64,000 nucleotides of DNA, taken from positions 22,630,001-22,694,000 of the forward strand of contig OZ024764.1 in NCBI GenBank assembly GCA_964016885.1, written 5' to 3'. The translations under genes and the position numbers were made by a program. Source of the DNA: Eledone cirrhosa (Eukaryota). Of this stretch, positions 23,851 through 36,733 are shown piece by piece (position 1 is the first letter of the stretch; each line of letters opens with the position of its first letter). The notes under the pieces were generated by a model. That model was not told the origin of the DNA, searched no databases, and was given only the letters and a program-made list of their open reading frames with translations.

Positions 23851-24809
23851 CTATGTTAGTCAGCACATTCTTCACCAAGGAAGGCCTTAGTATTAATTAC
23901 AGTCCATTTATCAATATAGAAGTATTATATGAAATTTGTACTGATGTATTACAAGTTTCTGAGTATCTTATAATGTTCTTTTATTATTTCAGAATACCAG
24001 AGGACATTGGCATTAAAGAGCACGTTACATCAGACATATCCTCAACATTAACCATTTCTGATGAAAGACACTACCCATCATTTTCAAATAATTTTGAAAA
24101 CACTCAACACTTTGAAGGGATTTAATAATATAACTATATTTCTCAGTATTAAGCTGCTATTTGGAACATAACTTTGCATAATCTCATGAAGTTACAATGG
24201 AAAGTTTTTAGATAAATATAAAGACTGGTATGAAAAGGATAAAACACTTTTATATCAGTTGTTTCATCAACACCATTATTTAAAGACTAAAGGAAGCTGT
24301 TATACAGAACAGATACAACCTTGTTTATATAAATCTATGGGAGAATTACTGGAAAATATTTCTTGTAAACTCAATAACACTTCTATTCTTTGCTGTCGGA
24401 ATATGTAGAAGATACAAAATAAAGCAGAAGAAATTTACACATGATTTTGTAAGATCTTCATATATTGACAAAGATGATAGTTGATGGAACTACAGGAGTA
24501 GAAATATTTCCATTATTACAGGAATAACTAATTAAATAAAAACCAGACAAATTAGATTCTTCACTGTCTGGAATATGTACAAGATGATTTTATATGTATA
24601 TTAAACTTGAAGAGATGTACAAAACAGTTTGTATCATCTTTAAATATAAAGAAAGACCAAAGTTAATAGAAATATATCTGGAGGAATATATTTTAGGAAT
24701 AATATTATAAACATAAAGAAGAAAAATATCCATATATTGAGAGGAGAAAAATATTAAAACTGTGAATTATGTGAGAAACTGAGGTCATTGATATCTTTTA
24801 GTGGGAGTT

Positions 24810-26093
24810 ATGTCGAAAAATATAGTAAAATCACCATTCCACTGTGATATCTGTGGAAAATCATTCTCTCGTAGTAATCAGCTAACTACTCACAAACGTA
24901 TTCATACAGGAGAGAAGCCTTATAAGTGTGATATCTGGAACAAATCATTCAGTCACAGTAGTAGCATCAGAGTTCACAAACAAATTCATACAGGAGAGAA
25001 GCCACATCACTGTGACATCTGTAGTAAATCATTCTCTTGCAGATATAGCTTAACTAAACACCAACGTATTCATACAGGAGAGAAGCCATATCACTGTGAC
25101 ATCTGCGGTAATTCATTCTCTCAGAGTAATCACCTAATTTCTCATAAACGTGTTCATACAGGAGAGAAACTATATCACTGTGATATCTGTGGTAAATCAT
25201 TCTCTCAGAGTAATCACCTAACTACTCACAAACATATTCATACAGGAGAGAAACCATATCACTGTGATATCTGTGGTAAATCATTCTCTCAGAGTATTCA
25301 CCTAACTACTCACAAACGTATTCATAGAGGAGAGAAACCATATCACTGTGATATCTGTGGTAAATCATTCTCTGACAGAAGTAGCTTTGTTAAACAGCAT
25401 CGTATTCATACAGGAGAGAAGCCATATCACTGTGACATCTGTGGTAAATCATTCTCTGACAGAAGTAACTTTGATAAACACCATCGTATTCATACAGGAG
25501 AGAACCCATATCACTGTGATATCTGCGGTAATTCATTCTCTCAGAGTATTCACCTAACTACTCACAAAGGTATTCATACAGGAGAGAAACTGTATCACTG
25601 TGACATCTGTGGTAAATCATTCTCTGACAGAAGTAGCTTTGTTAAACACCATCGTATTCATACAGGAGAGAAGCCATATCACTGTGACATCTGTGGTAAA
25701 ACATTCTCTAAATATAACAACCTAACTACTCACAAACGTATTCATACAGGAGAGAAACTGTATCACTGTGACATCTGTGGTAAATCATTCTCTGACAGAA
25801 GTAGCTTTGTTAAACACCATCGTATTCATACAGGAGAGAAGCCATATCACTGTGACATCTGTGGTAAATCATTCTCTCATAGTGGTAACTTAACTATCCA
25901 CAAACGTACTCATACAGGAGAGAAGCCATATCACTGTCACATCTGTGGTAAATCATTTGCTGACAGAAGTTGCTTAGCTACCCACAAACGTACTCATACA
26001 GGAGAGAAGCCATGTCACTGTGACATCTGTGGTAAATCATTCTCTCAAAGTAGTAACTTAACCAAGCATGTGCGTATTCATACAGAAGTTTAG
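24810..26093 (+). CDS. Tandem C2H2 zinc-finger protein (unit 2), 427 aa, 15 finger repeats
   Basis: Same [10 protein letters not shown] start (ATG at 24810; the ORF track's GTG start at 24801 is not used) and HVRIHTEV end as the paralogues. Finger 2 has C->W. Confidence 0.93.
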   Translation: MSKNIVKSPFHCDICGKSFSRSNQLTTHKRIHTGEKPYKCDIWNKSFSHSSSIRVHKQIHTGEKPHHCDICSKSFSCRYSLTKHQRIHTGEKPYHCDICGNSFSQSNHLISHKRVHTGEKLYHCDICGKSFSQSNHLTTHKHIHTGEKPYHCDICGKSFSQSIHLTTHKRIHRGEKPYHCDICGKSFSDRSSFVKQHRIHTGEKPYHCDICGKSFSDRSNFDKHHRIHTGENPYHCDICGNSFSQSIHLTTHKGIHTGEKLYHCDICGKSFSDRSSFVKHHRIHTGEKPYHCDICGKTFSKYNNLTTHKRIHTGEKLYHCDICGKSFSDRSSFVKHHRIHTGEKPYHCDICGKSFSHSGNLTIHKRTHTGEKPYHCHICGKSFADRSCLATHKRTHTGEKPCHCDICGKSFSQSSNLTKHVRIHTEV

Positions 26094-27047
26094 CTGTATC
26101 AATATCAAACTGATTACATCATCCTACAACAACAACAACAATTGTGTAGATCCATCATCCTTGCTAAAACTGAGGTTAACCTTGTAGGTTTTACCTAGGA
26201 CAGGGATCATAAACACCAGGTTTCCATTTTTGAAGCAGTGTTTGAAGATTTTGTGTAAATTGAAGTTTTTCACATCAAACTTTCATTTATTATACTTTCA
26301 CAGGTAAGATATATATTTGTATTTTTAGTAAAGGTTGGGAACTTCTGTAATTTAAACCTGCCAATAAAATGAAAACTTTTGTTGTTGTTAGTCAGACATT
26401 GATATTAATTCTATTGTCCTGTACATTGTCTCAAATATCACAGATTAAACAGATTTTAACAATAACAACAGAAATCAATAACTTGTAAGCCTAATATCTA
26501 GCTTCCATTTTAACTATTTGATATTGTTGTTCCTCTCCTGCCTCTTCAGGTCTTTTAGATTTCAACTTCTATCTACTGTACTATTCCATCACCAAGGCAA
26601 CATTCATCTGGCTGGCAGCTTACATCAACTACAGATCTCCAACCCTTCTTTCTCCAGATAGTCTTGAATCTGTCAGTCCCTCTATATCTTATATTTAACA
26701 GGGAGATCTTTTACTCTCCAACCCTTCTTTCTCCAGATAGTCTTGTATCTGTCAGTCCCTCTAGATATTACACCTAGCATCTAGTCTATGTTGAGTGGTA
26801 CGTCCTTCTCCAGTAAAGGAGTTAATATTCCCAACCATCTGTCTATCCTGTTTTCTGATGAGAATGAAGTCAATCTAGTTTATCTCTTCACCTGATTGAA
26901 GTAACTAGATGGTTTCCTATAAGTTAGTGTTGCAGTGTTTGTGTCGCCATGTAAGGTATATATCTATTAATATAGAGATGTAGTAAAGTTTTCACTGTTG
27001 TATCTCTATTTTCTAAATATCTTAATAATGTTTCTCTACTATTTCAG

Positions 27048-27414
27048 AATATCACATGACCTTGACAGAAAAGAGTCTTTTAAAGACAACAGAAAGATGT
27101 TACATGCGAGTGATATAAACTTGTTTAGTCTGTGGTGAATTATGGTGAAATATTTCTTCTGAATTGAGATAAATAACAACATATTCCTTTTTCACTGTCT
27201 GGAATTTTTACAAGATGATTTTACACTCTGATTAAACTTTGGATATTTACAAAGGAGTTTTCAAAATATTTGGATTTGACAAAGATCACATTTGATAAAA
27301 TTATGAACAATAGAAATATTTACATCAACATAGGAATATTTTCCAGAAGAGATGGGAATATCATTATACCACTGTAATATTTGTGGTAAAGTATTCTCTC
27401 TTCTTTATATGTAG
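27048..27414 (+). pseudogene. Relic second ZNF exon (unit 2)
   Basis: Micro-ORF 27352-27414 MGISLYHCNICGKVFSLLYM*. Confidence 0.68.
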
Positions 27415-27494
27415 AACATCTAACTAAACACTTTAACTAACAAACTATTGTGCTATAGAATTGACAAACTTGAGGAATGTTTAATAAATGTTAC

Positions 27495-29668
27495 TGATAG
27501 AGGGACCAGCAGTGTTAGTCGAAGGTAGTATAATAAGTAAGGCAATCAAAGATATGAAGACGGGTAAGGCGGCTGGGCCTTCGGAAATAGTTGCTGAGAT
27601 GCTGAAAGCCTCCGGTACGGTGGGACACACCATGGTCACCCGGATAGTAAACCAAGTCATACAGAATGGGGTTGTTCCGAAGGACTGGCATAGCAGCAAC
27701 ATCGTTAACTGTTATAAGGGTAAAGGAGACGCCCTAGATAGGAGTAACTATAGAGGCATTAAATTAATCGACCAGGTCATGAAGGTCACGGAAAAAGTAA
27801 TAGCGCAACTAATCAGAGAGAGAATTGACCTAGATGAAATGCAGTTCGGGTTTGTGTCAGGCAAAAGTACCACAGACGCTCTTTTCATTGTACGACAACT
27901 ACAGGAGAAGTACCTAGCTAAAAGTAAACTCCTATACTTAGCTTTTGTCGACTTGGAGAAAGCCTTCGACAGAGTCCCCCGTTCCATTATCTGGTGGGCT
28001 CTTAGAAAACTAGGTGTTGACGAATGGCTTGTGAGAGCCATACAAGCCATGTATAAAGAAACAGTCAGCAAGGCTAGAATTAACAACGAATATAGTGAAG
28101 AGTTTAGCGTAAAAGTTGGTGTCCATCAGGGCTCTGTTCTTAGCCCCCTACTATTTATTATTGCCCTTCAGGCTATAACAGAGGAGTTCAAGACCGGCTG
28201 CCCATGGGAACTCCTATACGCAGATGATCTAACGCTCATAGCTGAATCAATGGCCGAGCTAGAGAAGAAATTCCAAACATGGAAGCACGGCCTAGAATCA
28301 AAAGGCCTTAAAATTAACCTGGCTAAGACTAAAGTTCTAGTTTGTAGGAAAGAAAATAAGGCGCCGGTCCCCTCCGGGAAATGGCCAGTGTGTAGGAAAG
28401 GCGTAGGTAGAAACTCCATTTTATGTCCCAAATGCAAAGTATGAGTGCATAAAAGATGTAGTGGGATCACAGGTAAGCTAACTAAGAACACAGATTTTAC
28501 ATGGGGCCGGTGCTCTGGTGCAATAAGTAGCAGCAAGTGCCCAGAAAATACTAGCTCATTCAACTGCGCAGAGGGTTCTATAGAAATAGTGGACAGCTTC
28601 CGTTACCTGGGTGACAAAATCAGCAGTGGGGGAGGGTGCTCTGAAAGTACAGTAGCTAGAGTCAGAACTGGATGGAAAAAGTTCAGAGAGCTTATAATAC
28701 TATTAGCCGCTAAAGGGTTCTCCCTAAAAATGAAAGGCAGGTTGTATGATGCCTGCATACGAACAGCAATGTTGCATGGCAGTGAGACCTGGGCATTGTG
28801 TGCAGAGGATATACGCAGACTAGAGAGGAACGAAGCTTGCATGCTCCGCTGGATGTGTAATAGTAATATACGTGAACAGCAAAGCATAAATGAACTAAGG
28901 AAAAAATTAGAAATAAGATGGATCAGATGTTGTTTACTCGAGAGAAGACTACGTTGGTATGGTCACGTGATGCGCATGAAAGACGACAGCTGTATAACAA
29001 AGTGCAGGGCAATAAAGATAGATGGTAGCCACGGAGTAGGCAGACCCAGAAAAACCTGGGACGAGCTGATAAATTCCGACCTCACACACTTACACCTCTC
29101 CAAGCCAATGTCACTGGACCGAGACCTTTGGCGGTACTCAGTAACAGAGAAGACCCGCCCTACCTAAATACAAAGTAAAACCTACTACAGTCAGTAGGCA
29201 TCTCTAACAAAATACACCCCCGTCCCACCACCCCCACCCCATCCACACCGCCCCTTTCAATGTAAAGTTATGTTGGTGCCACAACATCCAGGCCGAAACA
29301 AACGAGATCGTGTAGGTGTCACGACAAAAAAAACACACAGTCCACGCTGTAATGTGGCCGTGTAGGCAACACGTTAAAAACCTCCTAGTCCCACACTGTA
29401 AATGTGGTTGGTGTTAGGAAGGGCATCCAGCTGTAGAAAACACGCCAGACAGTCCACGCTGTAATGTGGCCGTGTAGGCAACACGGTAAAAACCTCCCAG
29501 CCCCACACTGTAAATGTGGTTGGTGTTAGGAAGGGCATCCAGCTGTAGAAAACCCGCCAGACAGTCCTATGCGAGCAAGACAACCACTCTTGCCTCAAGT
29601 AGGAAAACCCCCGTCCAAACCCATGCAAGCGTGGAACAGGGACGTTAAACGATGATGATGATGATGAT
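27495..29668 (+). mobile_element. Young 5'-truncated RTE LINE, unit 2 only
   Basis: RT frame 27488-29167 has a single in-frame TGA (28442). Motifs FVDLEKAFD, HQGSVLSP, YADD; (GAT)n tail; about 113-bp duplication in the 3'UTR. Empty site atgttac|agatttctcc in unit 4. Confidence 0.95.
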
Positions 29669-29936
29669 TTCTCCAAACTGTCGTTTACTAACTTTAATTT
29701 GAAGCTATATTATCTATATACTACTAAAACTCTGTGATTGTGTCTTGTCCGTAAATTAATACAGCTAAAACAGTGCATAATGGGGAAATACTTTGAAAGG
29801 AATAAAACAAGTTTTGTATAAATTGGAGCACAGGTTCCCAAGATACGGGGTTTTCTGGGTACCTTCATAAATATAGGGAGAGAAAGAGATAGTGGCGGTG
29901 AGAGAGTGAGAGCTGGTGGTGTTGTTTAATAAAATA

Positions 29937-29970
<34 letters not shown>

Positions 29971-30011
29971 CGTATGTGCATATATATATATCTGTATATA
30001 TATATACGTAT

Positions 30012-30315
30012 GAAGCATATAGACAATATGCCCCCACACCCTCCCATTGCAAGGTGGTCGTGGAGGTGCCACGGCAAAAAAGCACCGAGCCTACACCGTA
30101 AAATGGACATGTAGGTGCCACGAAAAAGCAGCCAGCACTCACTGTAAATGAGGTTGGTGTTAGGAAGGGCATCCAGCTGTAGAAATCAAGCCAAATCAGT
30201 TCCTGTATGAGCAAGGTATGGTCAGCCGAGCAGACGCTGCCCACAACAGGACAACTCGTCTAACCCATGCTAGCATGGAAGAACGGACGTAAAACGGTGA
30301 TGATGATGATGATGA
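30012..30315 (+). mobile_element. Short RTE-tail element/SINE nested in the Helitron-like repeat (unit 2)
   Basis: aggaagggcatccagctgtagaaa core and (GAT)n tail; tatatatatacgtatg on both sides. Confidence 0.65.
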
Positions 30316-31089
30316 TATATATATATACGTATGTGTATATTTTAACTATTTAAAATATACACAGCTGGATGACCTTCCTAGAACCAAGCTTATTTACATT
30401 AAGTACTGGGTGCTTTTTGTCGTGACACCTACATGACCACTTTACAGTGTGGACTGGGTACTTTTTGTTGTGACACCTACATGACCACTTTACAGTGTGC
30501 GTTGGGTGCTTTTTATTGTGACACCTACATGACCACTTTACAGTTTGGACTGGGTGCTTTCTGTCGTGACACCTACATGACCACTTTATAGTGTGGACTG
30601 GGTACTTTTTGTTGTGACACCAACATGACCATTTTAAAGTTTTGGCTGGGTACTTTTTGTTGTCACCTACATGACCACTTTACAGTTTGGGCTGGGTGCT
30701 TTTTGCCGTGACACATACGCAACCGCTTTACAGTGTGGGCTGGTTTCTTTTTGTCATATCACCTACATGACCAGCTTATAGTGTTGGCTGTGTGTTCTTT
30801 ACAGTGTGGGTTGGGTGCTTTTTCTCATATCACCTACATGACCACCTTAGAGTGTTGGCTGTGTGTTCTTTGCAGTGTGGGTTGGGTGCTTTTTGTCATA
30901 TCACCTACATGACCACCTTATAATGTTGACTGTGTGTTCTCTACAGTGTGGGTTGGGTGCTTTTTCTCATATCTCCTACCCAACCACTTTGCAGTGTGGG
31001 CAGTGAAATATCAGTAATGCACCAGCTCCAATATTCAGTAATCAGAAGAAGGGAGGTAGGCATAAAAGCCAAACTTGCTGTCTTCAATT

Positions 31090-31530
31090 AGGTTTTTGTG
31101 CCAACCCTTACCTATGGTCACATATCTTGGGTAATGACCAAAAGAATATGATTGGGAATACAAATGGCAGATATGGGATTCCTCTGAAGGGTCTTTGAAG
31201 GAACGTTTCTCAATAAAGTGCATAGCTCTGAGATCAGAGAGTCACTCCAGGTGGAGCTGTTACTTCTCCTAATTGAGAGATCACAGCTGCAATACTATGG
31301 CCATGTGGTTAGAATGTCTGAGGAAAGAATCACTGGATAGATTTTACAGGCAAAACTAACCAGCAGGAGACCCAGGGGTAGACCTGAGCAAGATGGTCAC
31401 ATAACATCCATGAGCTTGGCTGGTCTCTCTGGGAGATCCAGCCAGGAGTGGGTTGCTTCTGACAGGACCTGTTGGAGGGAGTGTTTGAGGACTCTGCCCC
31501 CAAGACCCTCTCTGGAAAAAGTGGGTTAAT
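31090..31530 (+). mobile_element. Old RTE-clade LINE 3' fragment (copy about 42790-43220)
   Basis: Translates to IERSQLQYYGHVVRMSEERI...RRPRGRP. Confidence 0.65.
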
Positions 31531-31816
31531 AAGAATAAGTTGAGGTCACATAATCAACATGAGATTTCCCTGCTAACAAGGGTTTAATGAGTCTACTTCA
31601 ACCAAGTAAGTACTGAAGTGAGGCTACTGATCTCTAGACAGACCAAGGATCTGAGACTTATTTACATAAGGTCTCATTTGCTACTGAGTGCGCAGAAAAG
31701 GTTGTCATGATTGAAGGTTTCTCCGACACTATCGTCGGGCAAGCTTTCTATGGCTAGATGTCCTTCATATGACCAACCACATTACAGCCTGTGTTGGGTG
31801 TGTTTATCATGTAGGT

Positions 31817-34183
31817 GAGCCATAACAAACTGAGGGTTGCCCAAGGTCCACATAGGTCACGTGTTGTCTGAGGGTTGCACACTACAACTAATTATGTACA
31901 TTACAACTAATTAAGGTCATTTAATAAAATATATTGCAGAAAGATTTGTTACTTAAATTTAGAAACATACAATGTACATACAAATGTTTTAGCAGCATTC
32001 ATGAATACAAAGTAATGAAGTAGTTTGACAAAAAACTAAAATTTAACATGTCAACATATACTTGCAGATTGTAACAGCAACAAATACATTGTACACAAAT
32101 AACAACAGTTGAAAACTGAACATTTATTTGCTACTATTCAACCATTTTTAGTCTTTTGTCCTGAGGCTTGACACTTCTTTCTGTTGACAATGTTTGGTAT
32201 GTCTGGCTGAAATGTTTGTACAGTTCCAACTTTAATCAGATGACAAGTGTTGATCTGTCAGCCTTGTTCTCTGAGAAGTTTTTGTTAATTTCATGAAGGA
32301 AAATAACTGGCCACTCACATTGGTAGAACCAAACATTGCCATAATCTTTGTGACAAACTTTCTGATGTTAATAAACTTTTCAGGAAGGTATGAAAAGAAA
32401 CCAGGTATCCCCACTACAAGATACTTTGTTCTGAGTGTAGAATCTGACTGCATTTCCAATAGTTCCATCTGCAGGCATTCTTCTGCCTTCATCAAAGGTG
32501 AATGGTGCTGAGAATAATGTAAACTGATGTTCAAAAAATGAGAAATCACAAAATCTTTCTTGAAATTTCTTTAACAACAATTCCAGGTGACTGTCATACT
32601 TAACTAGGCTAAATACAGACTCAGTATTGGCAGTGTTTTTCAGTTCTTTGCACATAGGAAAATGAACTAAATTTTCATCTGACGACGGAGATTTCCATAA
32701 GCTTAGTTTTCTAATGAAGCACTTGATGTCATCATTCAACTGATTGATGGGTTTGTTTTAACCTTGTACTTTCAAATTAAGATCAGTTAATTGTGCAGTA
32801 ATATCCACAACAAAAGCCAGATGTTGGAGCCAACTTTCATCTTTTATTTCATCTGTGTTTTAACCTTTTATCTCCAAAAACATAATTATTTCTTTTCTCA
32901 ACAAATAGCATCTTTTCAGCACTTTGTGACATGTCAACCAGCAGACTTCTGTGTAGAATGGAACATCGGTGAACTGATTATCCATATCTTACAACAACTG
33001 GCTGAACTGACGGTGGTTGAGAGCACGGCCTCTGATTTAGTTCACTGTCTTTGTGACCAAGCTAAGCACATGATGCAATTTTAAAATCTTTGAACATAAA
33101 TTTTGCTGATGAATAATAGTGAAAATGTGCAAATGATGAATCTAGATATGAGTTTTCTATTTTTGTTTGTAACTTGGCAGCAACACCATTATGTCTACCA
33201 ACCATATTTGCAGCACTGTCAGTAGATAAACATGCAAGTTTACTCAGATCACAACCATGCAGACCCTGCTTGACCTTCTCAAAGATGTCCTGGCTTGTTA
33301 TAGTGTCATGCATGGGGACCAGTTCAATCAGTTCTTCATAAATATTAAATTCTCAGTCACAGGCCCTGGTGAAGAATGCAAGCTGTACTATTCCAGTGAT
33401 GTCAACAGTCTCTTCAATAGCAATAGAAACATGTTCAAACCTTGTTGATACAGCCTTTAACTGTTGTTTCAGATCACCTGACATTACATTAATCTGTTCA
33501 GGAACAGTGTTCCTGGTTAATGAAATGTCTTTGAATAACTCTGCTTTCTCTGGACAATTTCAGCTGTTTTTACAAGACATTGCTTTACAAAATCTCCTTC
33601 ACTGTAAGATTTCCCACTCATGGCAATCATTTGACTGAGTTCATAGCTTGCAGTTACGGAAGTGACATCCTCTTCCTGAATTAACATAAAACAGGTCTGT
33701 TGCTGTGTCAAGTTAACCTTCAATTCCTTGAGTCTTGAAACACACATTGGGCCTTCATATTTATCGTAAGATCGAGGGTTTGTTACATAATGTCTTTTTA
33801 AATTGTACTCTTTGGGCGTGGCGATGTAGTTGTTGCAAATTAAACAGTGTATCTTTCTGTTCACCATTGGGCAAAAATACTGTAATTCCCACTTTTCTTG
33901 AAACACTTGCCCTTCTTCGTTCACTTTCCTTTTTCTCTTAGCTGGAGGAGCACTAACCATTTCAAAAACGAAATCTTTTGAAATTTTGAAAGAAAGTTTT
34001 CTGTTAATGAGCTGCACGTGATTAATGGCAGTTAAAAGTAGTTGACAAAATTTGCAAAAAGAAAATAATTGTATCGAAAATGTTTTAAATTTTATATTAC
34101 GAAAATGAAACATGCTCGCACTGTAAAAACCTTAGTGTGGGCCGCAGGTTTGCTTGCCAAGGGCCGCATATTTGACATGTCTG
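31817..34183 (-). mobile_element. hAT (Charlie/SPIN/Buster-type) transposon, transposase pseudogene
   Basis: 8-bp TSD ATGTAGGT (31809-31816 and 34184-34191). TIR cagacatgtcaaa / degenerate gagccataacaaa. Protein fragments KRKV...FQEKWELQYF...CLIC...KEYNLKRHY, LNLKLQG, FGST...QLFSFMK...RTRLTDQHL. Confidence 0.92.
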
Positions 34184-34329
34184 ATGTAGGTTACCAACAC
34201 TAGGGAGGGCAGCATGTCCTTAAGTGTGTTCTGCTACATTAACTACCAGGAGGTCACCACATGAGACAAAGACTACATTTCAAAGAAGGGTCATAAAAGA
34301 ACTAAATACGAAAGTACCCACAGCAACAA

Positions 34330-34620
34330 GCAAATAATTGAACTTTGGGTCTAGGTTAAGGGGCAGAAGTGCTGCGCCCTGTGGATAAGACTGCAGAAGT
34401 ATTCGCCCCGGACGATGGACAGTGACACCCACTGCAACAGCCACCCCAACCTCATGGGGCTCCCTCTTCAGAAGAGCCACCAACGTTCTGATCTTACAGA
34501 GGAGCTTGGCAGTACGGGGTCCAAGTACTTCTGAGGTCTCGATGGTGACCGGTGTGAAGAGACCTACAATTGATGTGATCCCAGTTATGTTGGACTGTAA
34601 TATACTGGGGTATAGAGAGG
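34330..34620 (-). mobile_element. CRE-like endonuclease C-terminal fragment (copy about 45610-45900; mostly deleted near position 185)
   Basis: FTPVTIETSEVLGPRTAKLL resembles the PVAFETFGGVGPLTARFL segment at about 20780. Confidence 0.55.
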
Positions 34621-36733
34621 CCTTAACTTGTCTTAGCCGGGCCACCCAGGGTTGTGTCATCTAGGTACCAGATAGGGGTAACTAGACCATGTTGTCAACT
34701 GTCACCACCAATAGGAGTGAGGCGAGTGGGTCCCTCTGCTAGACACCATATATAAAACGTATTTGCTAATTACTTTAATGAATAATTTGTTTCATACGTA
34801 ATTATTACTTTTAACACAATATGATTTTGTACACGTGTTTGTTTGAAAACATCTTTCAAAGAAGTATGAGACAGTCTTTTGTAGTGTTTATTATAATAAA
34901 TTACTGTATGTTGAGCTGTTTTAACTTCTCCACCTTCTCTTATTTCATATTGTTTTTGTAAGAAAACGAGATCTTTTTCATATATATATATGAAGGCGTG
35001 TGGCTGAGTGGTTAGAGAATTGGATTCGGAATTGTGAGGTTGTGAGTTCGATTCTCAGACTGGGCGATGCGTTCTGTCCTTGAGCAAGACATTTTATTTC
35101 ACGTTGCTCCTTCTACCTGGAGTTGCGACCGATAGATAGTATTAGCAATTGGAAAGACCAATGGAAACATTGTTTCCTCGGTCCGATTTGACGAAAAGTC
35201 GATCATAAAAAATATATAGAGAGAGAAACACACAAACATACACTACTGTATTACATATGTCAGGGGAGACAACTCTCGTTACATCCACCTTTCTTTTTGA
35301 TATACGTCCTTTAAATACTTTCTTCAATGGAACCTGCTTTATTTCGTGTCCTAAGTAGATTTCTGTTTAACTATTTACGAGATTCACAATGATTCACGTA
35401 ACCAAGTTACTTACATAGAGATATATTTCACATAGAATCACAACAAATGAAAATATTAAGTCAACACTCTGTCAATCAGTCTCACATCACATGGGGTGCT
35501 GGAGTCTCCCTCTAATACTTTCTGAGACAGTCTTACCTCGAGTGATAGCAAGGCTAAGATGTTGGAACTACCAAACACCCTCATATCTATCACCTGACAC
35601 CTCGGTAAGGAGAGCTGCCAACGATAACAAGAACCTCGTTGTCAGGGACCTATCTCCTCCAAACTTCTCCAACACCACAGACTAGAATATTCTACTCTTT
35701 ATTCCCTATTAAATATATTTCAGTCTAGTAATTTACTTGTATCTTGTATATATATTTTCAAAACTAACTGTCACATTTGTGAGACCCCAGTTAGTGATGT
35801 TTTTGTCTCCCTCCCACATCCTACATGCTGTAGTAAAAGTGAGGGTCACTGCTTCTGTAGAGGAACGAAATAAAAGATAAACTACCAGTAATTATAAACT
35901 ACCAGTAATTAAGGAAAGATAATTATTTCCCAGCTAACTGGAGAAATGTGTAGCTCTAATAAACTCCGATAATCCTGTCTCCCACTTCTTTATCTACAAA
36001 TCTAGTCATTTCCTGCTACTTTGTTCCCTGGGGTATGCCGTAGTATTTGACACCATCTATCTGTCTTACTCCCTAACTAGAAAGAAGTCAATCTGTCTCA
36101 TGTGCTCACCTGATTGGTAGGTTATTAGGTGGTTGGTAGGTTTCTTGAAGTGTTGCAAATGGTTAGTTCACTTGCATCACAAAATACAAGAAGCCTCACT
36201 CCTTCTTCATTTCTTGAGCCATAACCATGACCACCATGTACCCCAGTGTATCCATCCTGGAGCTGTCCAACATGACCATTGAAGTCCCCTGCTATTATAA
36301 CTAGATCTCTGTCCTCTGTCATTGTGGTTATCTCTACTTATTCCTTTTCTACATATGGAGCAGGGCCACTTTCCTGAAGGTGTCAGGGTCTTCTCTCCTA
36401 TCCATTAGCACTTTAGTTTTGGCTAAGTATATTCTCAGAACTTACCATTTCAAATTCTATATCTATAGTTGGTCATCTACATAGAGAAGTTTCCATAGAC
36501 TGCCAGTCTTAAACCTCTCTGTTATGGCTTGGAGAACTATGATGAACAACAGTGGGCTAAGAACTAAACCATGATGAACTCCTACCTGTACCTTCAATTC
36601 TTCACTAGACACACTTTACTGACAGCTTCTCACAAGCCATTCTTCTACACCTAATTTCCTTAACCCTTTAGTATATAAACTGGCCATATCTGGCCAGAAT
36701 TCTCCCACATCTTTCTGTTCAAACTGGCCGTAA

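Noticed and set aside
22780-23859. 359-aa ORF of MSLITTFISQ(F/Y)NL repeats (also 38796-39134 and 52735-53073) as a protein gene
   Set aside because: The 39-bp unit is a multiple of three and happens to be stop-free in one frame. Copy number varies tenfold between paralogues and the array lies in the predicted intron.
28442-28444. Programmed readthrough or editing-rescued stop in the RTE ORF
   Set aside because: TGA at a probable Trp codon is most simply a TGG->TGA mutation in a 5'-truncated dead copy, and nothing in the sequence supports recoding.
33517-34113. Domesticated GTF2IRD2/EPM2AIP1-like host gene
   Set aside because: The frame is fragmented and lies inside an element with TIRs and an 8-bp TSD, so it is a decayed hAT transposase.
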